Source: Thermoproteota archaeon
GTDB lineage: Archaea > Asgardarchaeota > Njordarchaeia > Njordarchaeales > Panguiarchaeaceae
Assembly: GCA_024720975.1 (NCBI GenBank)
Contig: JANJXX010000001.1
Location: forward strand, 223,408-287,407
Length of the DNA stretch: 64,000 nt
Direction of reading: 5' to 3'
The position numbers and the translations under genes were made by a program. Every line of letters starts with the position of its first letter. Position 1 is the stretch's first letter. Below are positions 18,162 to 28,196 of this stretch, one piece after another. The notes under the pieces are model-generated. The model searched no databases and was not told where the DNA came from. It saw nothing but the letters and a program-made list of their open reading frames with translations.

Positions 18162-21002
18162 TCACTTAGAGAGCTTTGCATAATTGATTTCTGCTTCAAG
18201 AAGTTTTTGAAGTAGAATATCGAGACTATTATACCTATTCAATAAAGAAACCGCAAGCTCTAAATTCGCCATCGAACTCACGGCATAAAGCGTCTCCAAT
18301 GGTCTAAACTTTAAAAATCTACTTATCGCATATAGCAAATCAAGACGTCTCGACTCATTTCTATCAAGTTGAAGCCTCTTTTTAATTTTCTCAAGTATGA
18401 ATTCTGTTGAATCGCGAGGCTTTGTTACTGACAATAAATGAGATCCACAATTGGGGCATTTCTCAAGAACACCGTCAGATATACACCTTATTTCCCAGTG
18501 TCCGCAATGAAGGCACACCCATTTTATTCGACGCTTGTTTAGCCTTTCTTTGTAGTGCTGAATTGTATCATGTTGCAGTCTCTCCTTTTCTTCAGTGCTA
18601 ACTATCTGCATTTCTGGATTAACTAATATTGATATTCCTCTTCGAATCAACAATTTTATGTCCCCAGAAAATATTCCATCAAGCACCCTAGTTAAGTTTG
18701 CTAAGTCACCTCGCAGCGCTAAAAATTCGTTTATGGCCTCTTCCATGACTATTGTGTCCTTGTATTTATCCATCACCGTGAAAATGTACCTCTTGGGATA
18801 GCTCTCTTCTCCAAGTACACCGAATCTTCTTGCTACACTAAGGAAGTACCATGCTAACTCTCCGAAGCTTCTCTTAATTGTTTCTCTAACATAACTTTCC
18901 AACATACCCGTGACTCGAAGTTCTTTGAGTCTTTGGATGGCTTTTTGAATGGCCTTCTCTACAATCTCGGGCCTGTGGATTCCAGGATAAAGTTCAACTA
19001 TGATGCGATATGCATCAGATGAATATCCCAAAACCGGTAGGCTTGTCTCCTCTAAAAAGATCCTAAACAAAACCATAGAAAGCAGTTTATTGACTTGATT
19101 ACCCGCGCACAGATGCACGATTAGTAGACCTTTTTCGAATAATTGGTAGCTTGATTCAAAGATTATATGCTCGTCATCAGGAATTACATCGATGCTACTT
19201 AACAAGTTTTTTATTCTTTCTATATCGCTTGCAGATTTTTCATCCACGAGCTCACCAAGTACATCCTCGATTTTAATGTCACTTGCGATAGTTCTTCTAA
19301 GCACGCCAACTTGCTTGGCGGTTGTGTTCGAGACAGGCATTAATTCTCCAACCCATGATGGAGCCTGTGATATTTCGCTTGCTTGGCATACTAGTACCTT
19401 CTGCAGGCTGTAATCTACGCTAATAACTTCCCAACTCCGGCCTGCGAGCACAAATTTATCCCCAACATTTAAATCTAGGACGAATTTCTCATCCAACTCA
19501 CCCAGTTGTTTGTTAGAAGCCATATCAATAACTTTGTACTTTGGCGATGTTGGTATCATAGAAATGTTATTGAAGTAGAATTTCACTCCTCCCCTACCAA
19601 TTTTAAGGACGTTATTTTCTATCTTTATCACTCTAGACTTCTCGCTTAGGAATTTGCATAATGCTGTGAATTCATTTTCCTTCAGATCTCTATATGGATA
19701 CGCCCTAGTAGTAATACTATATACAGTTTCCATCGTTGGATATTGCTTACCATCGAGTGCAAAATCTCTTATTATCCCCACTATTTGGTGTGCTAAAACG
19801 TCAAAACTTTTTGCTAGAGCAGTCGTGGATTCCACTTCCCATTTTTTTCCAAGCGATACTATTGCTAGGGATTCGAGAAAGTCGTCGATTGTTAAAGCAT
19901 AAATTTTTCCTTTGGATACTTTGCTTATAAAATGCCCGGCTCTACCCATTCTTTGAAGCATTGTCTCTATTCTTCTCGGAGAGGAAACTTGAATTACGTA
20001 TTCTACGTCTCCTATATCTATTCCTAACTCGAGGGAGCTAGTCGCTATTACTGCTTTTATCTCACCTTTCCGAAGTCTTTCCTCAATATTTATCCTCAGC
20101 TCTTTTGATATTGACGAATGATGTACAGGAACATCCAAATTATGCAACTTCCTCAATAAAATGGCTATTATCTCCGCCATTTCTCTAGTGTTGGTGAAGA
20201 CTATTAGTTTACCATCAGATGTTGTTATATCCTCATAAAGTCTCCTAACGAGTTCTTTCATGTCGGGTTTTATGATTAGGGTATTTCCAACGGCTTCTAT
20301 TTTTGGAGGTATATAACGCACTTGCACATCATAAATCTTTTGTTGGCTGGCGTTGATGACTTTCCCGCCAATACCTCCCGTGAAGTATTTTAAGATGAGA
20401 TCTGGATCAGCTACTGTTGCACTTAATAAAACTACCTGCGGTGAACCACAGAGTATTTTCAAGCGTTCAAGAGCCAAGGCAAGCTGAACTCCTCGTTTGT
20501 TATCAACAAGACTATGGACTTCGTCAATTATCACGTATCGGACGTTTTTAAGGTGGCGCCTAATTTTTGGACTCCATAGCAAAACGTTTAAAGTTTCAGG
20601 AGTAGTTATCAGAGCTACTGGTGGTTCTTTTGCTTGCTTTTTTCGCAAGGATTGAGGTGTGTCTCCGTGTCTGACATCAACCGAAACACCGATTTGATGA
20701 AAAATCTTCAGCAGCCTACTTAGAAGGTCCCTATTTAGGGCTCTGAGAGGTGTTATGTATATGAGAGTTATTGGCTTTAACTCTGATCTATCAAGCATTT
20801 TGGATAGAATAGGAAGTACTGCTGCTTCAGTTTTTCCAGCCCCTGTAGGTGCAACTAGTATAGCGTTCTCATTTGATCTTAGAATAAAGTCTACAGCTAA
20901 TTTTTGGACGAGCGTTGGTTGTTTTAATCCGATTTTATTCAGTATGCGCACTATTCTCTCGTTTAATCTAGAAAAGACGTTATCACGTTCCATTATAAAC
21001 AC
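18162..21002 (-). CDS. lhr: Lhr-family SF2 ATP-dependent helicase
   Basis: APTGAGKTEAA, TPLRALNRD, DEVH, SAT, TSSLELGIDIG, QRMGRAGH, C-terminal CxxC pair. Confidence 0.93.
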   Translation of the reverse strand: MFIMERDNVFSRLNERIVRILNKIGLKQPTLVQKLAVDFILRSNENAILVAPTGAGKTEAAVLPILSKMLDRSELKPITLIYITPLRALNRDLLSRLLKIFHQIGVSVDVRHGDTPQSLRKKQAKEPPVALITTPETLNVLLWSPKIRRHLKNVRYVIIDEVHSLVDNKRGVQLALALERLKILCGSPQVVLLSATVADPDLILKYFTGGIGGKVINASQQKIYDVQVRYIPPKIEAVGNTLIIKPDMKELVRRLYEDITTSDGKLIVFTNTREMAEIIAILLRKLHNLDVPVHHSSISKELRINIEERLRKGEIKAVIATSSLELGIDIGDVEYVIQVSSPRRIETMLQRMGRAGHFISKVSKGKIYALTIDDFLESLAIVSLGKKWEVESTTALAKSFDVLAHQIVGIIRDFALDGKQYPTMETVYSITTRAYPYRDLKENEFTALCKFLSEKSRVIKIENNVLKIGRGGVKFYFNNISMIPTSPKYKVIDMASNKQLGELDEKFVLDLNVGDKFVLAGRSWEVISVDYSLQKVLVCQASEISQAPSWVGELMPVSNTTAKQVGVLRRTIASDIKIEDVLGELVDEKSASDIERIKNLLSSIDVIPDDEHIIFESSYQLFEKGLLIVHLCAGNQVNKLLSMVLFRIFLEETSLPVLGYSSDAYRIIVELYPGIHRPEIVEKAIQKAIQRLKELRVTGMLESYVRETIKRSFGELAWYFLSVARRFGVLGEESYPKRYIFTVMDKYKDTIVMEEAINEFLALRGDLANLTRVLDGIFSGDIKLLIRRGISILVNPEMQIVSTEEKERLQHDTIQHYKERLNKRRIKWVCLHCGHWEIRCISDGVLEKCPNCGSHLLSVTKPRDSTEFILEKIKKRLQLDRNESRRLDLLYAISRFLKFRPLETLYAVSSMANLELAVSLLNRYNSLDILLQKLLEAEINYAKLSK

Positions 21003-21035
21003 AAAAAAGCAGCGTATTCGCTGAAGTTTTTGATA

Positions 21036-21560
21036 CTATTCGGATACCGGTTCTACATCTTCAGGTTTAACTTCTATTATCAGAGTAGCACCAACCATCA
21101 GGTCTAGGAATAACTTCGTCTTTGAGACGCTAACTATTCTTGCAGTCCTATCTTTAAAGGGACCATGTATAATACGTACTATTTGCCCTACCTTGAATTC
21201 TATTTCTTTCTTTTCTTCAACCTCCCTAGAGTGTTTAATCGCATCTTCGATCGATCTTCTCAGCTCATCAAATTCGAGCGCATCAAGGGGAGTCTCGAAA
21301 GCACGTGCATAGCGGAAGTACGCTATAGCTTGAGCTACAGCGCTGTAATCATCAGCTTCAACATATATCAAGTCTGGATGTTTGTCGATGATAATTGCCG
21401 AGTAAATTGGCAAGTTAAGGATTTGCGCCCTTTGTTTTATGAGGATTAGTGCGTCTATTGCCCGATTTTTAGGAACACTAACTATAAATATTGGTTTTCT
21501 ATCTCTTTCCGGACTCCCTGATGCCTCCGTAAATTTCTTCACTTCATTCTCTTTGTCCAT
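21036..21560 (-). CDS. spt5: transcription elongation factor Spt5/NusG
   Basis: NGN domain (LIYVEA) plus KOW (GQIVRIIHGPFK); downstream of secE. Confidence 0.9.
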   Translation of the reverse strand: MDKENEVKKFTEASGSPERDRKPIFIVSVPKNRAIDALILIKQRAQILNLPIYSAIIIDKHPDLIYVEADDYSAVAQAIAYFRYARAFETPLDALEFDELRRSIEDAIKHSREVEEKKEIEFKVGQIVRIIHGPFKDRTARIVSVSKTKLFLDLMVGATLIIEVKPEDVEPVSE

Positions 21561-21563
21561 GCA

Positions 21564-21776
21564 CTATCCGCCTGGTCTTATTATCGTTTGTGTGATTATT
21601 CTTACTCCGAAACCAAGAAGACCTAGCATAACTATCAGTATGAGTACTATCTTGAGTACTAAGAAGAACTCTCGTGTGGAGGGTTTTGTTGATAGTTTAG
21701 TTAATTTCCAGGCTCCCATAAAGAAGCCTTCAAGTCTTGCACCTAAACTCTTCTTGTTTGACACAACTACCACCAA
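21564..21776 (-). CDS. secE: protein translocase subunit SecE / Sec61-gamma
   Basis: KPSTREF followed by one TM (LGLLGF); secE-spt5 synteny. Confidence 0.9.
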   Translation of the reverse strand: MVVVVSNKKSLGARLEGFFMGAWKLTKLSTKPSTREFFLVLKIVLILIVMLGLLGFGVRIITQTIIRPGG

Positions 21777-22064
21777 TATCTATGCTACTATAATCCTATG
21801 TTCAGACTACTTATTCAAAGGAAAGGATTCTGCTAATAAGATGGTTTACTAGTTTTTTGAGTTTTAATTGCAAGTGATATAATGCTCAATTGGATAGTCC
21901 TATGCGGTTACTTCTTGTTCCTTCAAAGAATTATTCACTATTCGCTTGATGCTGTCTCACTATTAACATCAGCTGATCTTGTTACCAGGATTTTAACTAT
22001 CTGCATTATAATCAGTCAAATCAATTGTCTATTTAGTGCCTTAGAATTTTTTGGTGCTTTAAAA

Positions 22065-23129
22065 TTGAGCGACCAAAGCGTGAACTTAAAGTGCATAGGT
22101 GTCGATTTAGGAACTTCTACTATTAAGGTTTCGTTTGGAGATAAGAGGTACAGAATACCATCAATTATAGGCGAACCGAATCCGGGTGGATTTGCAGGAA
22201 TTACTCAGGACACCAGTTGGGAGAACAACTTGGTTGCTATAATTGACAATCAAGAGTGGTATGTCGGTGAGTTGGCTCGAGTTCAAAGTGTGCTGAAAAT
22301 ACCTCTCGCTCGTGAAGGCAAAGTAAAGAGTACGAAAGAAGCAAAAATCGCAGTACTTTCTGCACTAGGAATAATACACGAACCGCATCAAGATATCAAG
22401 TATGTAGTAGGTACAGGTGTTCCTGTCGCTACTGGTACATCCGAAATGCAAGAACTTAGTAAAGCTATCGTAGGGAAACATAAGTTTACACTTAAAAATG
22501 ATGCTACTGGAGAGGTAAAAACAATAAATTTACATGTGGTAGCGGCCCCTGTGTTACCAGAGCCCTATGGATGCTATTACTATGTACTCAAAAGTAGGGG
22601 TATCGAAAAAGCATTTGATGCTGTCATTATAGATGTCGGCTTTGGAACGACAGACATACTTTCGATTCATAGAGGTACTATAGTGAGACCTGCTAGTGGA
22701 TCCACGCCTGACGCAATAGATACCCTGGCTGAGAAGTTAGCATCATTTCTAGAGGAACACACTGGCTATATAGTAAAGCTTGAAAGCCTGGCTGCTGCCC
22801 TTGAGAAAGGAACAAAAATCACGATTGGTGGCGTAGTATATGACATAAAACCTCAGTTGGAGAGAGTCGCACAAATTGTCGCAGAATCAATACTCGATAC
22901 ACTAGATCGATTAATAAGAAATCTACCACCTCAGGCCTCAGTGAAATACTACATCCTGACAGGAGGAGGCATCTACATACTTGGGAAATATTTGAAGGAT
23001 GCGTTAATAGAAAGAAAACTTGCAACGAAAGAGCAAATACTCATTCCAGATGATCCTGTGATGGCCAATAGTATTGGCTTTGAGCTTGTAGCGAGATACT
23101 TTGCCGAGAAGAAGCTTCCCTCGACTTAA
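22065..23129 (+). CDS. ParM/StbA-family actin-fold ATPase
   Basis: phosphate-1 VDLGTSTIK, connect-1 PEP.G, phosphate-2 IIDVGFGTTD, adenosine LTGGG, connect-2 ANSIG; TTG start after GGTG. Confidence 0.85.
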   Translation: MSDQSVNLKCIGVDLGTSTIKVSFGDKRYRIPSIIGEPNPGGFAGITQDTSWENNLVAIIDNQEWYVGELARVQSVLKIPLAREGKVKSTKEAKIAVLSALGIIHEPHQDIKYVVGTGVPVATGTSEMQELSKAIVGKHKFTLKNDATGEVKTINLHVVAAPVLPEPYGCYYYVLKSRGIEKAFDAVIIDVGFGTTDILSIHRGTIVRPASGSTPDAIDTLAEKLASFLEEHTGYIVKLESLAAALEKGTKITIGGVVYDIKPQLERVAQIVAESILDTLDRLIRNLPPQASVKYYILTGGGIYILGKYLKDALIERKLATKEQILIPDDPVMANSIGFELVARYFAEKKLPST

Positions 23130-23175
23130 TGACTAAAATGTTATTCCCTAGGGATTCATTAATGGAATGATAAGG

Positions 23176-24510
23176 CTAGGTTAATAGCTCATACCTGAAC
23201 TTTATTTCATTGGCAATATCTCTAAGCAGTTCTCCCCAATGCAATACGATATCCCTCTCTGAGACATCCGCGATCTTGATACCCCTTCTCTGAACTCTAC
23301 TGAAGACACCATCAAGTATCTCTTTAGCCGATGAATACCTGATAGACAATGAACTAGAAATCAATTTGCGTAGAAAGTCATTCCTTTTCTCTAGCACTGC
23401 CGGGGATACCTTTAAAGCTCCTAGAACTAGCCCGTATAGCATACATGATGAAACTACGTACTCCATTGGAATGACCCCGTTTTCTCCCAAGTCTACTGCT
23501 ATTGATGTGCGCAAGAAAGCTTGCAACAAATCTAGGTTAAGTAACTTATATACTGAGCTACTTTCGCTAATCCTCCTAACGCACCGCAGAACTTGAACTA
23601 AGCTTTTTCTTAGCGGATATATAAGCAGAGTATTTTTTCTGTCGGCAAAATATCCCATTGTGGAAAAAATGTCACTAATTGCCAGCTCAGTATCACCCTC
23701 ATACATAAAAATAGCGAACTTACACATGTCTAAGAGTTTCTCGAGAGAGCGTGTTAACCGTATATTGAGACTGAATTCTTCTCCATTAAATTCGTACAGT
23801 ATCTTTAGCTCTTCTTCGGAGCTGATAGCGACGTTCTTAATGGTGATCTCGTGATCTAAATCTAACGGAAATACCAAGCCACAAACCTTGCTGAGAATGC
23901 TTAGTACGCCTCTCACCACAGGTAACAATTCCTCCGAAAGGTCTTTATGAATTCCTACAAGAAACCCCCACGTTCTTAATATGTTATTTATACACCCAAA
24001 TTTTTCGCTTGATAATAGGTCCATCGAATTTCTAATGAGTGTCTTAGCCACGCTTTTATTCACACCATGTTTAATGAGATTTAGAGTATACATGCGCTGA
24101 GCCTTTTTCTTAATGATCTCACACTCACTAGCTGATAATACAACTCTCGCAGCAATGTTTTCGCGGAGATCTATGGGAATATCTTGAGCGGAACCGCAGA
24201 CAAAAGCAATTACCTTGGACGTTGGAAGCTCCAAGAATTGACGAAATTTATCCCAATCAGCAGCTGCACTAACAGCAATGATAATACTGTATTTAGATAC
24301 AGCATCGCTGAGTTCTCTAGTACCAACCAGCTTGCATGAAACATTCCACCTGTTTAGAGCGTCACTTACAAGTTTTGAGAGGACGAGAAGATGCCTGTCT
24401 TTGACTACGACAATTCCCAGTGACTTGTCCCATTTTAGTATCTTCCTTGCAACGGTAGTAGTTCTACGTTTGAGAAGATTATTCAGGATGCTACTGTTGC
24501 GATTGCCCAT
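23176..24510 (-). CDS. hypothetical protein
   Basis: 444-aa ORF overlapping the upstream gene; no recognisable motif. Confidence 0.6.
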   Translation of the reverse strand: MGNRNSSILNNLLKRRTTTVARKILKWDKSLGIVVVKDRHLLVLSKLVSDALNRWNVSCKLVGTRELSDAVSKYSIIIAVSAAADWDKFRQFLELPTSKVIAFVCGSAQDIPIDLRENIAARVVLSASECEIIKKKAQRMYTLNLIKHGVNKSVAKTLIRNSMDLLSSEKFGCINNILRTWGFLVGIHKDLSEELLPVVRGVLSILSKVCGLVFPLDLDHEITIKNVAISSEEELKILYEFNGEEFSLNIRLTRSLEKLLDMCKFAIFMYEGDTELAISDIFSTMGYFADRKNTLLIYPLRKSLVQVLRCVRRISESSSVYKLLNLDLLQAFLRTSIAVDLGENGVIPMEYVVSSCMLYGLVLGALKVSPAVLEKRNDFLRKLISSSLSIRYSSAKEILDGVFSRVQRRGIKIADVSERDIVLHWGELLRDIANEIKFRYELLT

Positions 24511-24958
24511 CGGCAGCTTTATCCTCCTTTTTCTTTAGCTCTGATGAGTCTATTTCAGCAACAATAATTGAATCAAGCACACTCTCAAGGGGAAGCGGCT
24601 CCTCGTAGCTCTCGGCGGCTTTAGTTACTTGAACTGGAGGCATCTCAAGCTCGATCTTTTTTGGCTCTACTGATGCACTAGCAGGACTCATTGTTAAAAG
24701 TCCGGTCAACTTTTGTTCAATGGCTTGTATGAGTTCATTTACATTAATTTGTGGGGATTGTTCCTTTAAGGATTCACCACCAAATAATTGAGCATGCTCT
24801 CTCTGAATGGCTTTAGTTATAGCTTCATCAATTGAACCTACTACATCAGCGATGTCTTCAAGCATCAAAAAAGTTTCAAGATCTAGGTACACGACAATAC
24901 CCACGAAGTTTTTCTGACCTTTCTTTTTTGTGCCTAAAATTCTTGCGGACAAGTCCAA
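24491..24958 (-). CDS. putative ribbon-helix-helix protein with acidic, Pro-rich tail
   Basis: IVVYLD-LETFLMLEDIA-(GS)IDEAITKAIQ strand-helix-helix pattern. Confidence 0.5.
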   Translation of the reverse strand: MDLSARILGTKKKGQKNFVGIVVYLDLETFLMLEDIADVVGSIDEAITKAIQREHAQLFGGESLKEQSPQINVNELIQAIEQKLTGLLTMSPASASVEPKKIELEMPPVQVTKAAESYEEPLPLESVLDSIIVAEIDSSELKKKEDKAADGQSQQ

Positions 24959-24978
24959 CTTCTACACCAAAGCAGTAG

Positions 24979-25070
24979 CGGGCCCGGCGGGATTTGAACC
25001 CGCGACAATGCCCTTTGAAGTTAAATTGGGCTCCGGAGGCCCACGTGCTATCCTACTACACAACGGGCCC
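24979..25070 (-). tRNA. tRNA-Arg(CCG) with 18-nt intron at 44/45 (25008-25025)
   Basis: GGGCCCG acceptor, TGGGC-CTCCGGA-GCCCA anticodon arm, GGTTCAAATCC; GCCC/GGGC 4-bp helix with 3-nt bulges. Confidence 0.9.
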
Positions 25071-25592
25071 CTGGATAGTTAACTAGATGGTAGAATAAAA
25101 TTTAAGTGATGATACTTAAAGTCTTCTAGAAAAATGACCAACAATAGCATAAGCTCTTTCTGTATAAAATTGGATAAGCAATTAATATGAACACAGACAA
25201 ACTCATCTAGCAGATGATCACGATGAACTTTATTGCTTAGAATTTCTGCCAGAGGTCTTTTAAGGATGAAGCTAAAACTTTTTGTTAATGTTCATATTGA
25301 GGGATTAGATTGTGTTTTTGAACCAATACCACTCCAAGATCACGTGCTTCTAAAGTAAGAGTTTTAAGAAAGCCGGCTGATAAAATCTCCTTGATATTTG
25401 CTCGAATTCTTTTATGCGGCTTTTCTCTTTTCAGAGTTAAAGAGTTATTAGCATACTAATTCTTAGTCTTGCGAGTACTTCAAATCTATTCGATAAGGCA
25501 TTGTGTGAGGTAATGTATGTTTTTATTACAGGGTATGCTTCGTGTTACCTCAAAGTTAAGCGAATTTATCGTTCTGACAGGAGGAGAATTAG

Positions 25593-25706
25593 TGGTAGCG
25601 GGGGGTGGATTTGAACCACCGACCTCCGGGTGTCTCATCCGCCAGTGATTCTTGTAGAGGCCAGATTATGAGCCCGGCGGGCTCGACCTAACTACCCTAC
25701 CCCGCT
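25593..25706 (-). tRNA. initiator tRNA-Met(CAT) with 35-nt intron at 37/38 (25632-25666), CCA encoded
   Basis: A1-U72, three consecutive G-C pairs in anticodon stem, CTCA/TGAG BHB helix. Confidence 0.93.
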
Positions 25707-25989
25707 TTGATGAATTGACTCTATTACTAGTACTCCTATGTCGCTATGGCATTTTTTAAAGTTTACATTTTTATCTCTAATTCAAGTCGCTTTGAATGCA
25801 ACTTTAATCGACTTTCTATTGAACATTAATTGGTCAGAGTTTACGCTTTGGTTGGTATTGAGAACTGCTTGCTTATCAAATCAATCTATGACACTTGGAT
25901 ATCGTTTCATTTAAATTGATCCTATCATTGTACTCGCTTGCTGGTTGGTCTGTCAAATATGAAATCATGCAAATCCTGGTATGATTTCA

Positions 25990-26838
25990 CTAGACTTTAC
26001 TTATATCTATTACTACTATCTCGTTCTTTCCCGTAAGTTTTGCTATTTTTGGCTCTAGTATTCGACCTACGTATTCTGTTGGTGAAAATAAGCTCAGAAG
26101 CCTCCTCTTAAAGTACCATCTTGCCCCCTGGGGTAAAAATGTATGGGCTCTGATTATCTTCTTGAGTCCCTCTTTCTCTATAAATTCTTCAAATGCTTTT
26201 TCTCCGAATATGTATATGTTCGCGCCTCTGTAGGATGGTGCAAAGTAATCTATACCTTCTTCGGGGTCATTCCAAAGTACTTGCATTAGCACCATATTCA
26301 TTCCTTCGAGATCTCCCTTGGGTATTCTCCTTATGTCACTAAATGTCGCATCTTTCGGTACGCCGCCATGTAGACATAGTATCTCAGAGTTTATTATTGC
26401 TGCTACTGGCATCTGAGAAAATACCTTGTTGAATTCTCGATATAGTGTATTCGTATGGGTTGGGTATTTGTAGTGGAGCTCGTCAAGGAATCCATATACC
26501 TCATTGACTGGTGCTGTTTCGTGATTTCCCCTGAGCATTACTATCCTATCTGGTTCGCTTAATTTTAATCTAAGTATACCTACCATAACCTCAACGCTAA
26601 AAGGACCTCGGTCTATGTAGTCACCTAGAAATACAAACTTTGCATTGGTTTGCTGAATTATTTGAAATATCTTCGTCGCGGATTTTAGATCTCCATGAAT
26701 ATCCCCTATAAAGAATGCCTCCTTTGCGTCAATATCTAGTACTATCTCCTCATCTTTGAAAACTTCTTCAGCTTTTTCCAGAATATCAATGATTTCCTCG
26801 ACAGGTATTGGTTTTAGGCGGAACATAATTAACACCAC
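25990..26838 (-). CDS. PPP-family Ser/Thr protein phosphatase
   Basis: GDIHGD, GDYIDRG, RGNHE, LHGG, LWNDP, RG..FG, IRAH. Confidence 0.93.
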   Translation of the reverse strand: MVLIMFRLKPIPVEEIIDILEKAEEVFKDEEIVLDIDAKEAFFIGDIHGDLKSATKIFQIIQQTNAKFVFLGDYIDRGPFSVEVMVGILRLKLSEPDRIVMLRGNHETAPVNEVYGFLDELHYKYPTHTNTLYREFNKVFSQMPVAAIINSEILCLHGGVPKDATFSDIRRIPKGDLEGMNMVLMQVLWNDPEEGIDYFAPSYRGANIYIFGEKAFEEFIEKEGLKKIIRAHTFLPQGARWYFKRRLLSLFSPTEYVGRILEPKIAKLTGKNEIVVIDISKV

Positions 26839-26912
26839 TTGTTTATTCTTAAGAATTATGAAGATCGTTTTTATTCAACTATGTGATTCCAATATGCATT
26901 AGGGTGGGTTCA

Positions 26913-27536
26913 ATGGAAACAATAACCCCTGGACTAATCACAGGCCTAACCATTGGGCTCCGCGGAAAGGACTTCGTGATCATCGGTTCTTCTAAACGAG
27001 AGTTATACGGATCCTTAGTAATCTCAGATAAAGGAAGCTTAATGAAGTTCTTCAATAACAGAATTATTGTTTGTTTCTCAGGTCATGTGCCGGATATACA
27101 ACACATATTCCGAGAGTTAAATTGGTTCTTACGTACAGAACAACTCCAGCGAGAGAGGGAACTTAGTATCGCCGAAGTCATTGGTTTTCTGGGTATACTC
27201 ATGTTCTCATACAAGCTATTTCCAAACATCGCTTGGGGAGTTGTTGGAGGATTTGAATTAACAGGCGAGACTAAACTATACGATTTGGATCCTTTAGGTT
27301 CAGTTTTAGAGGAAGACTATGTTGCCTCTGGAATCTCTGCCGAGGTCGCATACGGTCTTTTAGAGAAGGAGTATAGACCAGATATAAGTTTTGACAATGG
27401 AAAAGATTTAATTACTAGAACGCTTAGAAGCGTAGCTAAGAGAGACGTGATAGTAGGTAAATACGCAGATATAGCGTACATCCGCATGATTAATGGAGTA
27501 AAAGAATGCAAAATCGAAACCATTGCATTGTTGTAG
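26913..27536 (+). CDS. psmB: proteasome beta subunit, predicted non-catalytic
   Basis: IGLRGKDFVIIG..KR, SG..PDIQ, LYDLDPLGS, ASG...AYGLLE, RD; lacks the G-T-T-T nucleophile motif. Confidence 0.88.
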   Translation: METITPGLITGLTIGLRGKDFVIIGSSKRELYGSLVISDKGSLMKFFNNRIIVCFSGHVPDIQHIFRELNWFLRTEQLQRERELSIAEVIGFLGILMFSYKLFPNIAWGVVGGFELTGETKLYDLDPLGSVLEEDYVASGISAEVAYGLLEKEYRPDISFDNGKDLITRTLRSVAKRDVIVGKYADIAYIRMINGVKECKIETIALL

Positions 27537-27550
27537 CAGAGAGAGGCTAA

Positions 27551-28183
27551 TTATTCCTCTTCCGGCCTAGCACCAGGTTTTACTGTAACTCCCATTTCCC
27601 TTAGGAAAATTATTACATCTTCTCTAGTTAATCTGTGTCTTAATGGAATCTTACTAGTTTTCAGTCTTCGCCTCATAACACGATATCCGTTTCGACAGAA
27701 TGTAACACAAACATCAAAGCCTATTGTGCCGAGTTCGGGAATATACTTAACTCCAGGTATTTCGATGTGCTCTTTAACACCGAAGGAAAAGTTGCCATAT
27801 TTGTCTATTTGTTCTTCATAAACTGTGTAATCGATAACTTTCATTAGACGCTTTAGCCATTGATATGCCTCTTCACCACGGAGAGTTAATTTCCAACCAT
27901 GAGTTTTTCCACGTCTTATGCCCCATGTATGTATTGTTTTTTTAGCCCTCACTAGAGCTAACTTTTTGCCGAAAATTCCTTCTAGTATAGTCTTAGCGCG
28001 TTCTAATTTCGATTCATCTGGACCACACGAGTAATTTATTACCACTTTCTCAAGGCGTGGTATTAGGTTGGGATTTGGGTATCTATCCTTATACTTTTTT
28101 ATAATAGCTTCGGTTATCTCGCTGAGACTTTTAGCCAACGTCACCTCTTTCTTCTCTTCTACCCTTCTAGCTCTCTTGCTCAT
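27551..28183 (-). CDS. rpl5: 50S ribosomal protein uL5
   Basis: LEKVVIN, WGIRRG, GNFSFGVKEHIEIPG.KY. Confidence 0.96.
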   Translation of the reverse strand: MSKRARRVEEKKEVTLAKSLSEITEAIIKKYKDRYPNPNLIPRLEKVVINYSCGPDESKLERAKTILEGIFGKKLALVRAKKTIHTWGIRRGKTHGWKLTLRGEEAYQWLKRLMKVIDYTVYEEQIDKYGNFSFGVKEHIEIPGVKYIPELGTIGFDVCVTFCRNGYRVMRRRLKTSKIPLRHRLTREDVIIFLREMGVTVKPGARPEEE

Positions 28184-28196
28184 CAGAATCACCAAA

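Noticed and set aside
21882-22064. Hydrophobic N-terminal extension on the actin-fold ATPase (apparent membrane anchor)
   Set aside because: A better start is TTG at 22065 with a GGTG Shine-Dalgarno; the extension looks like translated intergenic DNA
12716-23129. Functional link between the ARPC4-like gene and the actin-fold ATPase
   Set aside because: About 9 kb apart with unrelated genes between, and the ATPase is ParM-like rather than true actin or Arp
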